A DNA stretch of 47,187 bases from a virus. A program made the translations under genes and the position numbers. Positions 33,494-41,576 of the stretch are shown here, one piece after another. The notes beneath the pieces were generated by a model. It was not told the origin of the DNA, did no database searches, and saw nothing but the letters and a program-made list of their open reading frames with translations. The stretch is from IMG/VR virus record IMGVR_UViG_3300027716_000003; one strand, written 5' to 3'. Each line of letters begins with the position of its first letter. The first letter of the stretch is position 1.

Positions 33494-36400
33494 TGGCTGA
33501 TTGCGACGACCGGCAGCTATCGGAGGCCCAGCGCCAGGCGGGCTACCAGAACCAGCGCACGGGGGTGCAGCAGGCGGTGCGCCCCTTCAGCGGGCGGCCG
33601 ACGCTCGACAACCTCATCGACTACATCAACCGCGAGCTGTTCCCCGCGGTGAAGGCGACGCGGAACAAGGTCAACGACGTTTACCTACAGACAACGGACA
33701 ACGCCCCATCGGGCAATCCGCTGCAGTACTACTTCTCGACCGAGACGGCGGCTGCTGATCCCACGGCGGGGCGCGTGCGGCTCAACGCGAGCCCGCAGGA
33801 TACCGCGACGACGCTCCGGGTGAGCGAGCAGAACGCGCGACTCGTCGACGCACGGCCGTGGCTCGAGGTGATGGCGGGCGGCGCGACCACGCCGCTCGGG
33901 GTGGTGACGCTGAGCGACGCCGTGAACCCGGCGAGGTTCATTCGGTTCGACCTCAACTCGATGACCGATCAAGGGGTGTACTGGGATCTCTCCGTCACCG
34001 TCATCGAGAGCAGCCATGACGATCCCTTCGTCGACGGCGGCGGGCTCGTCATCTCGTTCATCCCTGGCGTCGCGAGCACGGGCACGACGGTGCCCGCGGG
34101 CGCGCTCACGCCCATCGGCCCCAACACCGTGCTCGGCAACCCGACGGCAAGCACGGCGGCGCCGACCGAGATCGCCATCGACGATCTGAGCGTGCTCGGC
34201 AGGGCGGGGCTCGCGGGGACCGGCAACCTCGAAGACATCACCGTGCCCGGGACGGGCACGTTCACCGGCGAGAGCGTGTTTCTCCGTTCGCCGTCGGTGC
34301 GCACGTCGCTGCAATTCCGGAACTTCACGCTCGGCGATCTGCCGCTCATCAGCGACAACCGCTTCGTCGGCAACGTGACGGGCGCCACGGCACGGCCCGC
34401 ATACACCGATCTCGCGCAGCTCGCGCAGGATCTATTCGGCATCGGCTGGGATGCGGCGACCCACAACTTCAGGCTCAGCGACGTGCTCGACAACACGTTC
34501 ATGGGCAACACTTCGGGCGCGACGACGTACCCCCAGCCCACGCCTCTTTCCGACCTCGATAGCATCAGCATCACGTATGAGAATGTCGGCAAGTCGTTCG
34601 TGCGCGAAGCGCTGACGGGCGACGTCACGGCGCTGCAGAACAACAACACCGTCACCGTCAACGCGAACGCCATCACGAACGCGAAGCTCGACGACATGGC
34701 GGCCAACACCGTCAAGGCAAACGCGACGGCGAGCACGGCGGATCCGACCGACTTCCCCGTCGGCACGAACAGCGTACTCGGCCGCGTCGCAGGCAACATC
34801 GTCGCCGCCCAGGTCGTGACGGCGCAGATCGCGGACGCGGCGGTGACCAACGCCAAGCTCCGCGACAGCGCGGGGATATCCGTCATCGGTCGCGCGACGA
34901 CCACCACGGGCGTGCCGGCGGACATCGTCGCGACGTTTGGGACCGGCGTCGTGTTGCGCGAGAGTGGCAGCACGATCGGGTGGGGCACGGTCGCTACCGC
35001 CGGTATCGCCAACAACGCTATCACGAACGCCAAGCTCGCTCAGATGGCGCAAAGCCGCGTCAAGGGCCGAGCCGAGGGGGCAGGCACGGGCGACCCCACC
35101 GATCTGACTCCAACCGAGGTCGTCAGCATTATCGACGGCGAGAATGCGACGTGGACGGGCGCGCACTCCTTCACGGGGGCGAGCCATACCGTCAACGTGA
35201 GCGGCGCGGCCAACACGACCGCGGGCGCGACGAGCACGATCCAGACGTCGGCGGGCAACCTGATCCAGGCGTCGGCGGTCGACTACTTGCTGACGGCGCA
35301 AGCCGACGTCGTCATCAACGCGGGCGACACGGCCGGCGGGGTCGCGATTCATGCGGGACTGACCCCCAAGACGGCGGCGAACGATAACCGCGTCACCATC
35401 ACCGCCGACGATCAGGTCGTGCTCGAACCGACGGGCTCGTGCCGCATCTTTACGGGTGGCGTCGAGCGCGTCGAATATGAGTCGACGGGCGCGTGGCAGA
35501 TATCGGGCGCCGTGGGGACCACGGGTCACACCATCGTCACGGCGGGAGCGGGAGCGCCGCCCGCCTGGGGCCAGCTACCGACGGCGGGCATCGCCGACGA
35601 TGCCGTCACGAACGCAAAGCTCCGGAACTCGGGCGCGCTCAGTGTCATCGGGCGAAGCGCGAACAGCACGGGCGATCCGGCGGACATCAGCGCGGTCGCC
35701 GCCTCGGGCTCGGTGCTACGCGAGAGCGGGAGCACGGTAGGGTTTGGCACCATCGCGACAGCGGGCATCACGGATGCGGCCGTGACGAACGCGAAGCTCG
35801 CCGACATGACGGCAGGGACCGTCAAGGGCCGTCAGATCGACGCCACAACGGGTGTTCCGGTCGATCTGACGGGGCTCGAGGTCGCCGAACTCATCCGCTT
35901 CGGCACCACCCAGGCGGTGACGCTCGCCGCGACTACCAACGACCAAACGCTCAACGCTGACACGACCGTCATGCGCATCACGCCCACCGGAGCGCAGACC
36001 CTTACGGGCATCACGGGCGGGGCGCAAGGACGCCTGTTGTTGCTCGAGAATATCGCGGCGGCGGGTAATCCTTTGACGCTCGCGAGCCTCGATGCGGGCT
36101 CGCTAACCGCGAACCGTCTACGCACGCCCGGTGGCGTCGCGCTCGTGCTCGGGTTTCGCGAGTCGGCGATCCTGCGCTGGGAAACGAACAACAACGACTG
36201 GCGTGTCGTGGCCGTGTCCCGCGCGACCGCGGTCGCCGATGCGGATTACGGCGATATCACGGTCACGAGCTCAGGCGCGACGTGGACCATCGACAACAGC
36301 GCCGTGACGCTTGCGAAGATGGCGAATCTCGCCGCCGGCACGGTCATCGGCAGGCAGATTGACGCGAGCACGGGCGTCCCGGTCGCGCTCGCGGGCGCCG

Positions 36401-38079
36401 AGCAGGGCGAGAACATCCGGTTTAACACGCGGCAGACCGTCGCGGCATCGGGCACGCTCGATATCACGCTCAACGATGACACCACCATACTCGTGCTGCA
36501 GCTCTCGGCGGATGCGACGCTACGCTCGATCAGCAACACGGCGAGCGGTGATGGGCGTCTCCTGCGCATCGAGCACGATTCGGGCTCGGCGTTCACGCTG
36601 ACACTCGGTCACAACCTGGCGACGCCCACGTTCTTCCCGCTCTACAACTCCGACGAGGCGGACATGCAGGTCCGGCGGGGCTCGACGGTCGTCTATCGCT
36701 CGCGGTCAGGGTTCTGGCGGCCGGAGATCCCGAGTTCGCGGATGCGAGTTCGCAAGAACTCGACCGGCACGGTGTTCGATCGCGGGCGGTTCAATCTCAT
36801 CGAGGGAACGGGCGTTACCCTCACGGTCACCGACGATAGCTCGAACAACGAGGTCGACGTCACCATCACGGGCGGCGTCGTCAGCGACGGCGACAAGGGC
36901 GACGTCACGGTCAGTTCGACCGGCACCGTCTGGACGATCGACAACGACGTCGTCACCGACGCGAAGCTGCGCAACTCGGGGGCTCTCAGTGTCATCGGGC
37001 GCAGCGCGAACAGCACGGGCGATCCGGCGGACATCTCCGGCACGGCGTCGAGCGATCAGGTTCTGAGGGTCAGCGGCACGACGCTCGGGTTTGGCACCGT
37101 GGCGACGGCGGGGATTGCGAACAACGCCGTGACCGACGCGAAGATCCGCCAGAGCGCGGGGCTCACCGTCATCGGTCGCGCCGCGAACAGTACGGGCGAC
37201 GTCGCCGACATCGGGGCGGGCGTCGACGGGTACGTGCTGCGCCGCATCGGAACCCTGCTCGGGTTTGGCCCCATCGCAACGGCGGGCATCGACGACGACC
37301 AGGTCACGAACGCGAAGCTGCGCAATTCGGGGGCTCTCAGTGTCATCGGGCGCAGCGCGAACAGCACGGGCGATCCGGCGGACATCTCGGCGACAGCGGC
37401 GAGTGGCGCCGTCCTGCGCGAGAGCGGCAGCGCCCTTGGCTTTGGCACCATCGCGACGGCGGGCATCGCGGACGCGGCGGTGACGCTCGCGAAGCAAGCA
37501 AACCTCGCGCAGTCGACCATCATCGGCCGGGCAGAGAGCGCGGGCACGGGCGTGCCCCAGGCGCTCACGAGCACCCAGGTCGCGGCCATCATCGACGGCG
37601 AGCCGTTTACTTGGCTGAGTTCGCACACGTTCAACGGCACGAACCACACCGTCACCGCCAGCGCCGACATCACGCTCACCGCCGGCGGCACGTTGACGCT
37701 CTCCGCAACCACCCAGGTGCAGGCGACGAGCCCGACCCGGCTAGCGAGTTCCGTTGCTCTCGACGGCGTCACGAGCACGGCGACGACGGCGGCCAACGAC
37801 CTCGTGATTGGCTCCGTTTCGGCTGTACGTTTCACGGGGCCTGTCGATCCTCTGACGGGAATGGTGGCCGTGGTGGGCGGTCAAACAGTGCTCCTCGTCA
37901 ACGCGCATGCGTCGACAAACATGGGCGTTCACATGGAGAGCGCGAGTTCGACGGCGGCGAACCGCTTCGCCGGCGTCGGGACCTCGCGTGTCATTCGTCC
38001 CGGCGAGATGGCTCTCGCGTGGTACGACAGCACGAGCAGTCGGTGGCGCCTGCTCTGCCGCGACGAGGTCGACCTATGA
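33493..38079 (+). CDS. Tail fibre (1528 aa) built from reiterated (A/D)AVTNAKL... modules
   Basis: More than 10 copies of the AVTNAKL / ITNAKL / VTDAKL motif. Longer module NAKLRNSGALSVIGRSANSTGDPADIS...LRESGS.LGFGTIATAGI repeated. Last large late gene. Confidence 0.8.
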   Translation: MADCDDRQLSEAQRQAGYQNQRTGVQQAVRPFSGRPTLDNLIDYINRELFPAVKATRNKVNDVYLQTTDNAPSGNPLQYYFSTETAAADPTAGRVRLNASPQDTATTLRVSEQNARLVDARPWLEVMAGGATTPLGVVTLSDAVNPARFIRFDLNSMTDQGVYWDLSVTVIESSHDDPFVDGGGLVISFIPGVASTGTTVPAGALTPIGPNTVLGNPTASTAAPTEIAIDDLSVLGRAGLAGTGNLEDITVPGTGTFTGESVFLRSPSVRTSLQFRNFTLGDLPLISDNRFVGNVTGATARPAYTDLAQLAQDLFGIGWDAATHNFRLSDVLDNTFMGNTSGATTYPQPTPLSDLDSISITYENVGKSFVREALTGDVTALQNNNTVTVNANAITNAKLDDMAANTVKANATASTADPTDFPVGTNSVLGRVAGNIVAAQVVTAQIADAAVTNAKLRDSAGISVIGRATTTTGVPADIVATFGTGVVLRESGSTIGWGTVATAGIANNAITNAKLAQMAQSRVKGRAEGAGTGDPTDLTPTEVVSIIDGENATWTGAHSFTGASHTVNVSGAANTTAGATSTIQTSAGNLIQASAVDYLLTAQADVVINAGDTAGGVAIHAGLTPKTAANDNRVTITADDQVVLEPTGSCRIFTGGVERVEYESTGAWQISGAVGTTGHTIVTAGAGAPPAWGQLPTAGIADDAVTNAKLRNSGALSVIGRSANSTGDPADISAVAASGSVLRESGSTVGFGTIATAGITDAAVTNAKLADMTAGTVKGRQIDATTGVPVDLTGLEVAELIRFGTTQAVTLAATTNDQTLNADTTVMRITPTGAQTLTGITGGAQGRLLLLENIAAAGNPLTLASLDAGSLTANRLRTPGGVALVLGFRESAILRWETNNNDWRVVAVSRATAVADADYGDITVTSSGATWTIDNSAVTLAKMANLAAGTVIGRQIDASTGVPVALAGAEQGENIRFNTRQTVAASGTLDITLNDDTTILVLQLSADATLRSISNTASGDGRLLRIEHDSGSAFTLTLGHNLATPTFFPLYNSDEADMQVRRGSTVVYRSRSGFWRPEIPSSRMRVRKNSTGTVFDRGRFNLIEGTGVTLTVTDDSSNNEVDVTITGGVVSDGDKGDVTVSSTGTVWTIDNDVVTDAKLRNSGALSVIGRSANSTGDPADISGTASSDQVLRVSGTTLGFGTVATAGIANNAVTDAKIRQSAGLTVIGRAANSTGDVADIGAGVDGYVLRRIGTLLGFGPIATAGIDDDQVTNAKLRNSGALSVIGRSANSTGDPADISATAASGAVLRESGSALGFGTIATAGIADAAVTLAKQANLAQSTIIGRAESAGTGVPQALTSTQVAAIIDGEPFTWLSSHTFNGTNHTVTASADITLTAGGTLTLSATTQVQATSPTRLASSVALDGVTSTATTAANDLVIGSVSAVRFTGPVDPLTGMVAVVGGQTVLLVNAHASTNMGVHMESASSTAANRFAGVGTSRVIRPGEMALAWYDSTSSRWRLLCRDEVDL
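36961..37037 (+). repeat. Intragenic 77-nt repeat, copy A (76/77 identical to 37312..37388)
   Basis: Aligned by eye. Single C/T difference. Copies are 351 nt apart (in frame). Confidence 0.85.
37312..37388 (+). repeat. Intragenic 77-nt repeat, copy B; a more diverged copy lies at about 35614-35690
   Basis: Aligned by eye. Confidence 0.85.
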
Positions 38080-38690
38080 AGAGCGCGATCATCATTCCCG
38101 CCTACAGCCACATCGATCACCGCCTCGAGCGGGTCATGCTGGAAGCGGGGCTCCCCTGGCTCGCGTTGCACGGTCACAGCGACGTGCCGCGGGTGCGGTC
38201 GCTGCTCATCGAGCAGGCCCTCGTGACGAAGGCCGAGCGCATCATCCTCATCGACGCCGATACGGTGCCGACCGTGGGCGTGCTGCAGGCTCTAGCCGAG
38301 CGCGTCGAGGTCACGCCGAGTCGGGCGGTCTGGGGCATGTACCCGCTGCGCGAGGGCGATCGGTGGAGCGTGAACCCACTGAGTGAGCGCGAGGCCGACG
38401 TCGCCATCCGGGAGGGGCGGGGCTTCCGCATTCGCACGGGCGGGCTTGGGCTCTGCGCCATACACCGAGAGAGTCTCGTGCGCCTGGGCGACGCCCTGCC
38501 GACTGTGAGAGAGGACACGGGCCTCGCGTGGCGACCATTCTGCGTCCCGTTCGTGCGGGGTTCGGACTACTTTGCCGACGACGGCTCGCTCTGCGTCCGG
38601 CTCGATGAGAGCGGGACCGAGCTCTGGTGTGAGCCGCGATTGAGGGCGGGGCATGTGGTAGAGTCGGTGCTCTCGGAGCTTCGAGGCTGA
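38076..38690 (+). CDS. Glycosyltransferase family 2-like protein (204 aa)
   Basis: SAIIIPAYS N-terminus, ILIDADTVP (DxD-like), FADDGSLCVRL. ATGA overlap with the tail-fibre stop. Confidence 0.55.
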   Translation: MKSAIIIPAYSHIDHRLERVMLEAGLPWLALHGHSDVPRVRSLLIEQALVTKAERIILIDADTVPTVGVLQALAERVEVTPSRAVWGMYPLREGDRWSVNPLSEREADVAIREGRGFRIRTGGLGLCAIHRESLVRLGDALPTVREDTGLAWRPFCVPFVRGSDYFADDGSLCVRLDESGTELWCEPRLRAGHVVESVLSELRG

Positions 38691-38700
38691 AGGGATCACC

Positions 38701-38910
38701 ATGGCCAACGCCAAACGCCGCCGCACCCAGGGCACGACCGACGACGACTTTGACATGCTGCTCAGTGCCGCGCTCGCTCAGCTCTTGCCCGCGCGCCACA
38801 TCGCGTCCGGTGACTCCTGGTACTTCCGAGTCGAGGGCTCGGGCGACGAGGCGCAGCTCGTCATCACGCGCTCGCGGGCAAACGTGACCACCCCTGATCC
38901 CGAGTCCTAG
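38701..38910 (+). CDS. Hypothetical protein (69 aa)
   Basis: ORF track. Its stop overlaps the convergent stop of 38907..39482. Confidence 0.45.
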   Translation: MANAKRRRTQGTTDDDFDMLLSAALAQLLPARHIASGDSWYFRVEGSGDEAQLVITRSRANVTTPDPES

Positions 38911-39482
38911 AACTCCTCGGGGTTCAATTCGAGGCAGGGCAGGCGCGAGCAGACGCTGTCGAGCGCCGCCGAGTCGATGACGTCGAGCCGCTCCTTCTGC
39001 CCCGACAGCACGCCGTTCGAGTCGACGTGGTCGCCGCCGAGCGCGTGCCCGAGCTCGTGCGATACAGTGCGCGTGCGCTGCGCGGGGCGGGCGTGCGCGT
39101 TGATCTCGATGCGGTCGCGCTCGGCGCTCGTCACGCCGGGCGCCTCGGAGCCATCCGGGCGCAGGACGCTCGCGACGAGCACGACGGGCACGCCGCCGTC
39201 GGCGACGTAGATGTCACAGCCGGTGGCGACGGCCCAGCGAGCGGCCGCCTCTTCCACGTCGCGCCGCAGAGCCTCGTCGGGACCGAATGCCACGTAGCAG
39301 TACGCCTCGCCGACTTCGGCGTCGGGGGGCGGAGTAGATCGCTCGCTCTGGTGGCTGGTTTTACCCGAGGGAGGGGGGGTACCTTCAGGCTTCTGGCACG
39401 CCAGAGCGAGCGGCAGACTGAGTAACAGACCGAGCGCGCGGGTGGGAAGCACAATCGGAAAGGAACGGCAAGAGGGCGCCAT
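38907..39482 (-). CDS. Secreted/lipoprotein zinc metalloprotease (metzincin-type HExxHxxGxxH)
   Basis: Signal peptide with lipobox-like LSLPLALAC. HELGHALGGDH motif. Opposite strand to its neighbours. Confidence 0.7.
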   Translation of the reverse strand: MAPSCRSFPIVLPTRALGLLLSLPLALACQKPEGTPPPSGKTSHQSERSTPPPDAEVGEAYCYVAFGPDEALRRDVEEAAARWAVATGCDIYVADGGVPVVLVASVLRPDGSEAPGVTSAERDRIEINAHARPAQRTRTVSHELGHALGGDHVDSNGVLSGQKERLDVIDSAALDSVCSRLPCLELNPEEF

Positions 39483-39552
39483 CCTTTAGCTTTTCACGTG
39501 AAACACCTCGGTGCAACACGCCCCATTCAGCACAGCGCCCCACAATGGAGCC

Positions 39553-39582
39553 GCCCCTCCCCGCGCTCACGTGGGGAGGGGC
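39553..39582. other. 10-bp perfect GC hairpin GCCCCTCCCC-N10-GGGGAGGGGC in the 39483-39805 gap
   Basis: Read directly. No U-tract on either strand. Confidence 0.4.
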
Positions 39583-39805
39583 CATGGCATGAGCGCCCCC
39601 GTCGGCCGCGCCGGGGGCCAGCGCTTTGACGCGGTTACAGCACGCCAGCCTGACAACGATTACCCGATCGTCGCCCTCGGGTCCGGCTCGCCCCGGACGG
39701 CTTTGCCCCAGGAAACAGGGACAGACCCGAACACTACCAGAGCTTGAGGCCGCGCCGGCCGTTCGTCAACTTTGACCACTGCTCGCCTGTGCGGTACTCT
39801 GCGGC

Positions 39806-40267
39806 GTGACGGACGAGCCACGCCGCCCGCGCTTCCCCCGTCCGTCCGAGCTGAAGGACGACGAGGTCGTCGAGATACCGCCGACCGAGCGTGTGCCGCG
39901 CCTGCCGCCGCCGCGAGGCGAGCCGTTCAAGAAGCTCGTGCAGACGCAGAGCGACACGATCGCCGAGATACTGAGCATCCAGCGAAAGATGGCGCTGCAG
40001 CTCGACGGCTTCGGCGGGATGATGAACCGCCGCTTCGATCTCTTCCACGAAGAGCTGGCGCTGCAGCGGTCGAGCATCGACGCTGTCGAGAAGCTCGTGA
40101 AGCAGGACCACGCGCCGCGCATCGAGAAGGTCGAGACGACGCTCGGGCACAAGGTGGCCAAGGGCGGGGGGATACTCGGCATCGCCATCGTGGCGTTGCC
40201 GCTCTTGTCGGATGTGCTGCCCAAGTGGAAGGGGCTGTTCGACGCGATCCTCGAGGCGCTTCGATGA
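39806..40267 (+). CDS. Lysis-associated membrane protein (holin candidate; coiled coil plus one C-terminal TM)
   Basis: GGGILGIAIVALPLLSDVL is a TM segment. ATGA-coupled to the endolysin. GTG start uncertain. Confidence 0.35.
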   Translation: MTDEPRRPRFPRPSELKDDEVVEIPPTERVPRLPPPRGEPFKKLVQTQSDTIAEILSIQRKMALQLDGFGGMMNRRFDLFHEELALQRSSIDAVEKLVKQDHAPRIEKVETTLGHKVAKGGGILGIAIVALPLLSDVLPKWKGLFDAILEALR

Positions 40268-40731
40268 GCTTCCGGCTCGGGGCGCTCAGCGAATCGAACC
40301 TCGTCGGCGTGCACCCCGATGTCGTAGCCGTCGTGAGGAAGGCCATCCTCATCAGCGAGATCGACTTCACGGTGCACGACGGGCTGCGGACGCTGGCCGA
40401 GCAGAAGAAGCTCGTCGCGTCGGGGGCGAGCCGCACGCTCGAGAGCTACCACCTGACGGGCGACGCGGTCGACCTCGTGCCCTTCGTGAACGGCAAGCTC
40501 CGATGGGAGATGCCGCTCTGTAACGAGGTGGCCCGAGCGGTGCTCGAAGCGAGCGGCAAGCTCGGGGTGCGGCTCGTGTGGGGTCGGGTCTGGGACGCGG
40601 AGCTCGTCGAGCTCGACCCGGACGACTTCGACGGCGAGCGCGCGCTCTACGTGCAGCGCTACCAGCGCATTCACGGCCTGAAGAAGTTTCCGCTCGACGA
40701 CGGTCCACACTTCCAGCGGGTGAGGTCGTGA
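40264..40731 (+). CDS. Endolysin, peptidase M15 (VanY / L-Ala-D-Glu peptidase-like)
   Basis: SYHLTGDAVDLVP (HxxGxAxD) and DGPHFQ zinc-ligand motifs. Confidence 0.8.
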   Translation: MSFRLGALSESNLVGVHPDVVAVVRKAILISEIDFTVHDGLRTLAEQKKLVASGASRTLESYHLTGDAVDLVPFVNGKLRWEMPLCNEVARAVLEASGKLGVRLVWGRVWDAELVELDPDDFDGERALYVQRYQRIHGLKKFPLDDGPHFQRVRS

Positions 40732-40913
40732 GCGTCTTCAAAGCGATCTGGAAGGTGGTCGACGTGCTGCTCGGCGTGGCCATCCGAGCCGACGAGCTGC
40801 GCGAGCGGCGGCGGGCCCGGAAGAAGTTCCGGGACGTGGTCGACGAGCCGCCGAAGGACAGCGGGCGATCGCGGGCGCCGACCGTCATCCTTCGGCGCCA
40901 GCCCCCGCACTGA
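40728..40913 (+). CDS. Small membrane-anchored basic protein (spanin/lysis accessory candidate)
   Basis: GTGA-coupled. VFKAIWKVVDVLLGVAI hydrophobic N-terminus. Confidence 0.4.
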   Translation: MSVFKAIWKVVDVLLGVAIRADELRERRRARKKFRDVVDEPPKDSGRSRAPTVILRRQPPH

Positions 40914-41162
40914 CTACCAGTCGCCGGGCGGCAGGCGCCGCTCGAGCGCCCACCGCGTCCAGAAGAGCAGGACCGCGTCGGACAGGACGCTCTCGATGCT
41001 GCGTCCTTCGGCTGCCGCTACTCGCCGGAGTCGAGCGCTGTGCTCGGGGGACAGCAGAGCACCTCGAGGATGAACGCCGCCGCCCGCTGCGCGCTCGTCG
41101 GATTGATGGCGTTCGCCCGGAAGAGCAGCACGCGCCAGCCCTGGCGCACGGCCTCGTTCCAC
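40914..41162 (-). CDS. Ribbon-helix-helix (CopG/Arc-like) protein; start uncertain
   Basis: LSPEHSARLRRVAAAEGRSIESVLSDAVLLFW. The nearest upstream canonical start found is GTG 41162, which overlaps the upstream gene by about 145 nt. Confidence 0.4.
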   Translation of the reverse strand: MERGRAPGLARAALPGERHQSDERAAGGGVHPRGALLSPEHSARLRRVAAAEGRSIESVLSDAVLLFWTRWALERRLPPGDW

Positions 41163-41368
41163 TTCTCGTAGTCCGCAGTCATCCCCTTGAACGACTGGTG
41201 TCGGCCGGCGCCGTTGATCTCCGCCGCGAGCTTCTGGCTCGGGAAGGCAAAGTCGAACTTCCACTTGCGTGCCTTGTCGAACGGGAACTCCCGGGTCAAG
41301 TCCCACCCCGGTAGGGCCTGCTCGGCGAGTGCGACCGCGAGCCATTCCTCAGCCTTGCTTCTGGGCAT
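41018..41368 (-). CDS. Vsr/DUF559-like PD-(D/E)xK endonuclease (116 aa)
   Basis: KFDFAFPSQKLAAEINGAGRH...DYEKWNEAVRQGWRVLLFRANAI matches the D..(A/L)vE.dG..H...D..R...L...GW.VLRF pattern. Confidence 0.6.
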   Translation of the reverse strand: MPRSKAEEWLAVALAEQALPGWDLTREFPFDKARKWKFDFAFPSQKLAAEINGAGRHQSFKGMTADYEKWNEAVRQGWRVLLFRANAINPTSAQRAAAFILEVLCCPPSTALDSGE

Positions 41369-41576
41369 GGTCGACCTGCCATTCGAGCACGACGCCCTGT
41401 TCCCCGACGGCGAACTCGTCGTCGAAGGGCGCCGGGTAGACGCCGATCGCCGCATCCGAGGGGATATGGATCCCCTTCGCCTGCGCGATCTCGACGAGCT
41501 CGCGCAGCAGGATGGTGACGGTGACCCTCGTCGTGGTCTTGGACTCGGCCTTCACACGCCACCGATCGCTTTCCAT
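41349..41576 (-). CDS. Hypothetical protein (75 aa)
   Basis: ORF track. Overlaps both neighbours by 20-25 nt. Confidence 0.45.
   Translation of the reverse strand: MESDRWRVKAESKTTTRVTVTILLRELVEIAQAKGIHIPSDAAIGVYPAPFDDEFAVGEQGVVLEWQVDHAQKQG

Noticed and set aside
33493-38079. Diversity-generating retroelement (template/variable repeat) acting on the tail fibre.
   Set aside because: No reverse transcriptase or Avd-like gene occurs anywhere in the genome. The repeat copies differ at C/T and other positions rather than specifically at adenines, and all copies are inside the coding region.
39511-39747. 78-aa plus-strand ORF in the gap upstream of the lysis genes.
   Set aside because: It has Ala/Gly/Arg/Pro-biased composition and no RBS or coupling. 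It spans the GC hairpin and is more likely non-coding control DNA.
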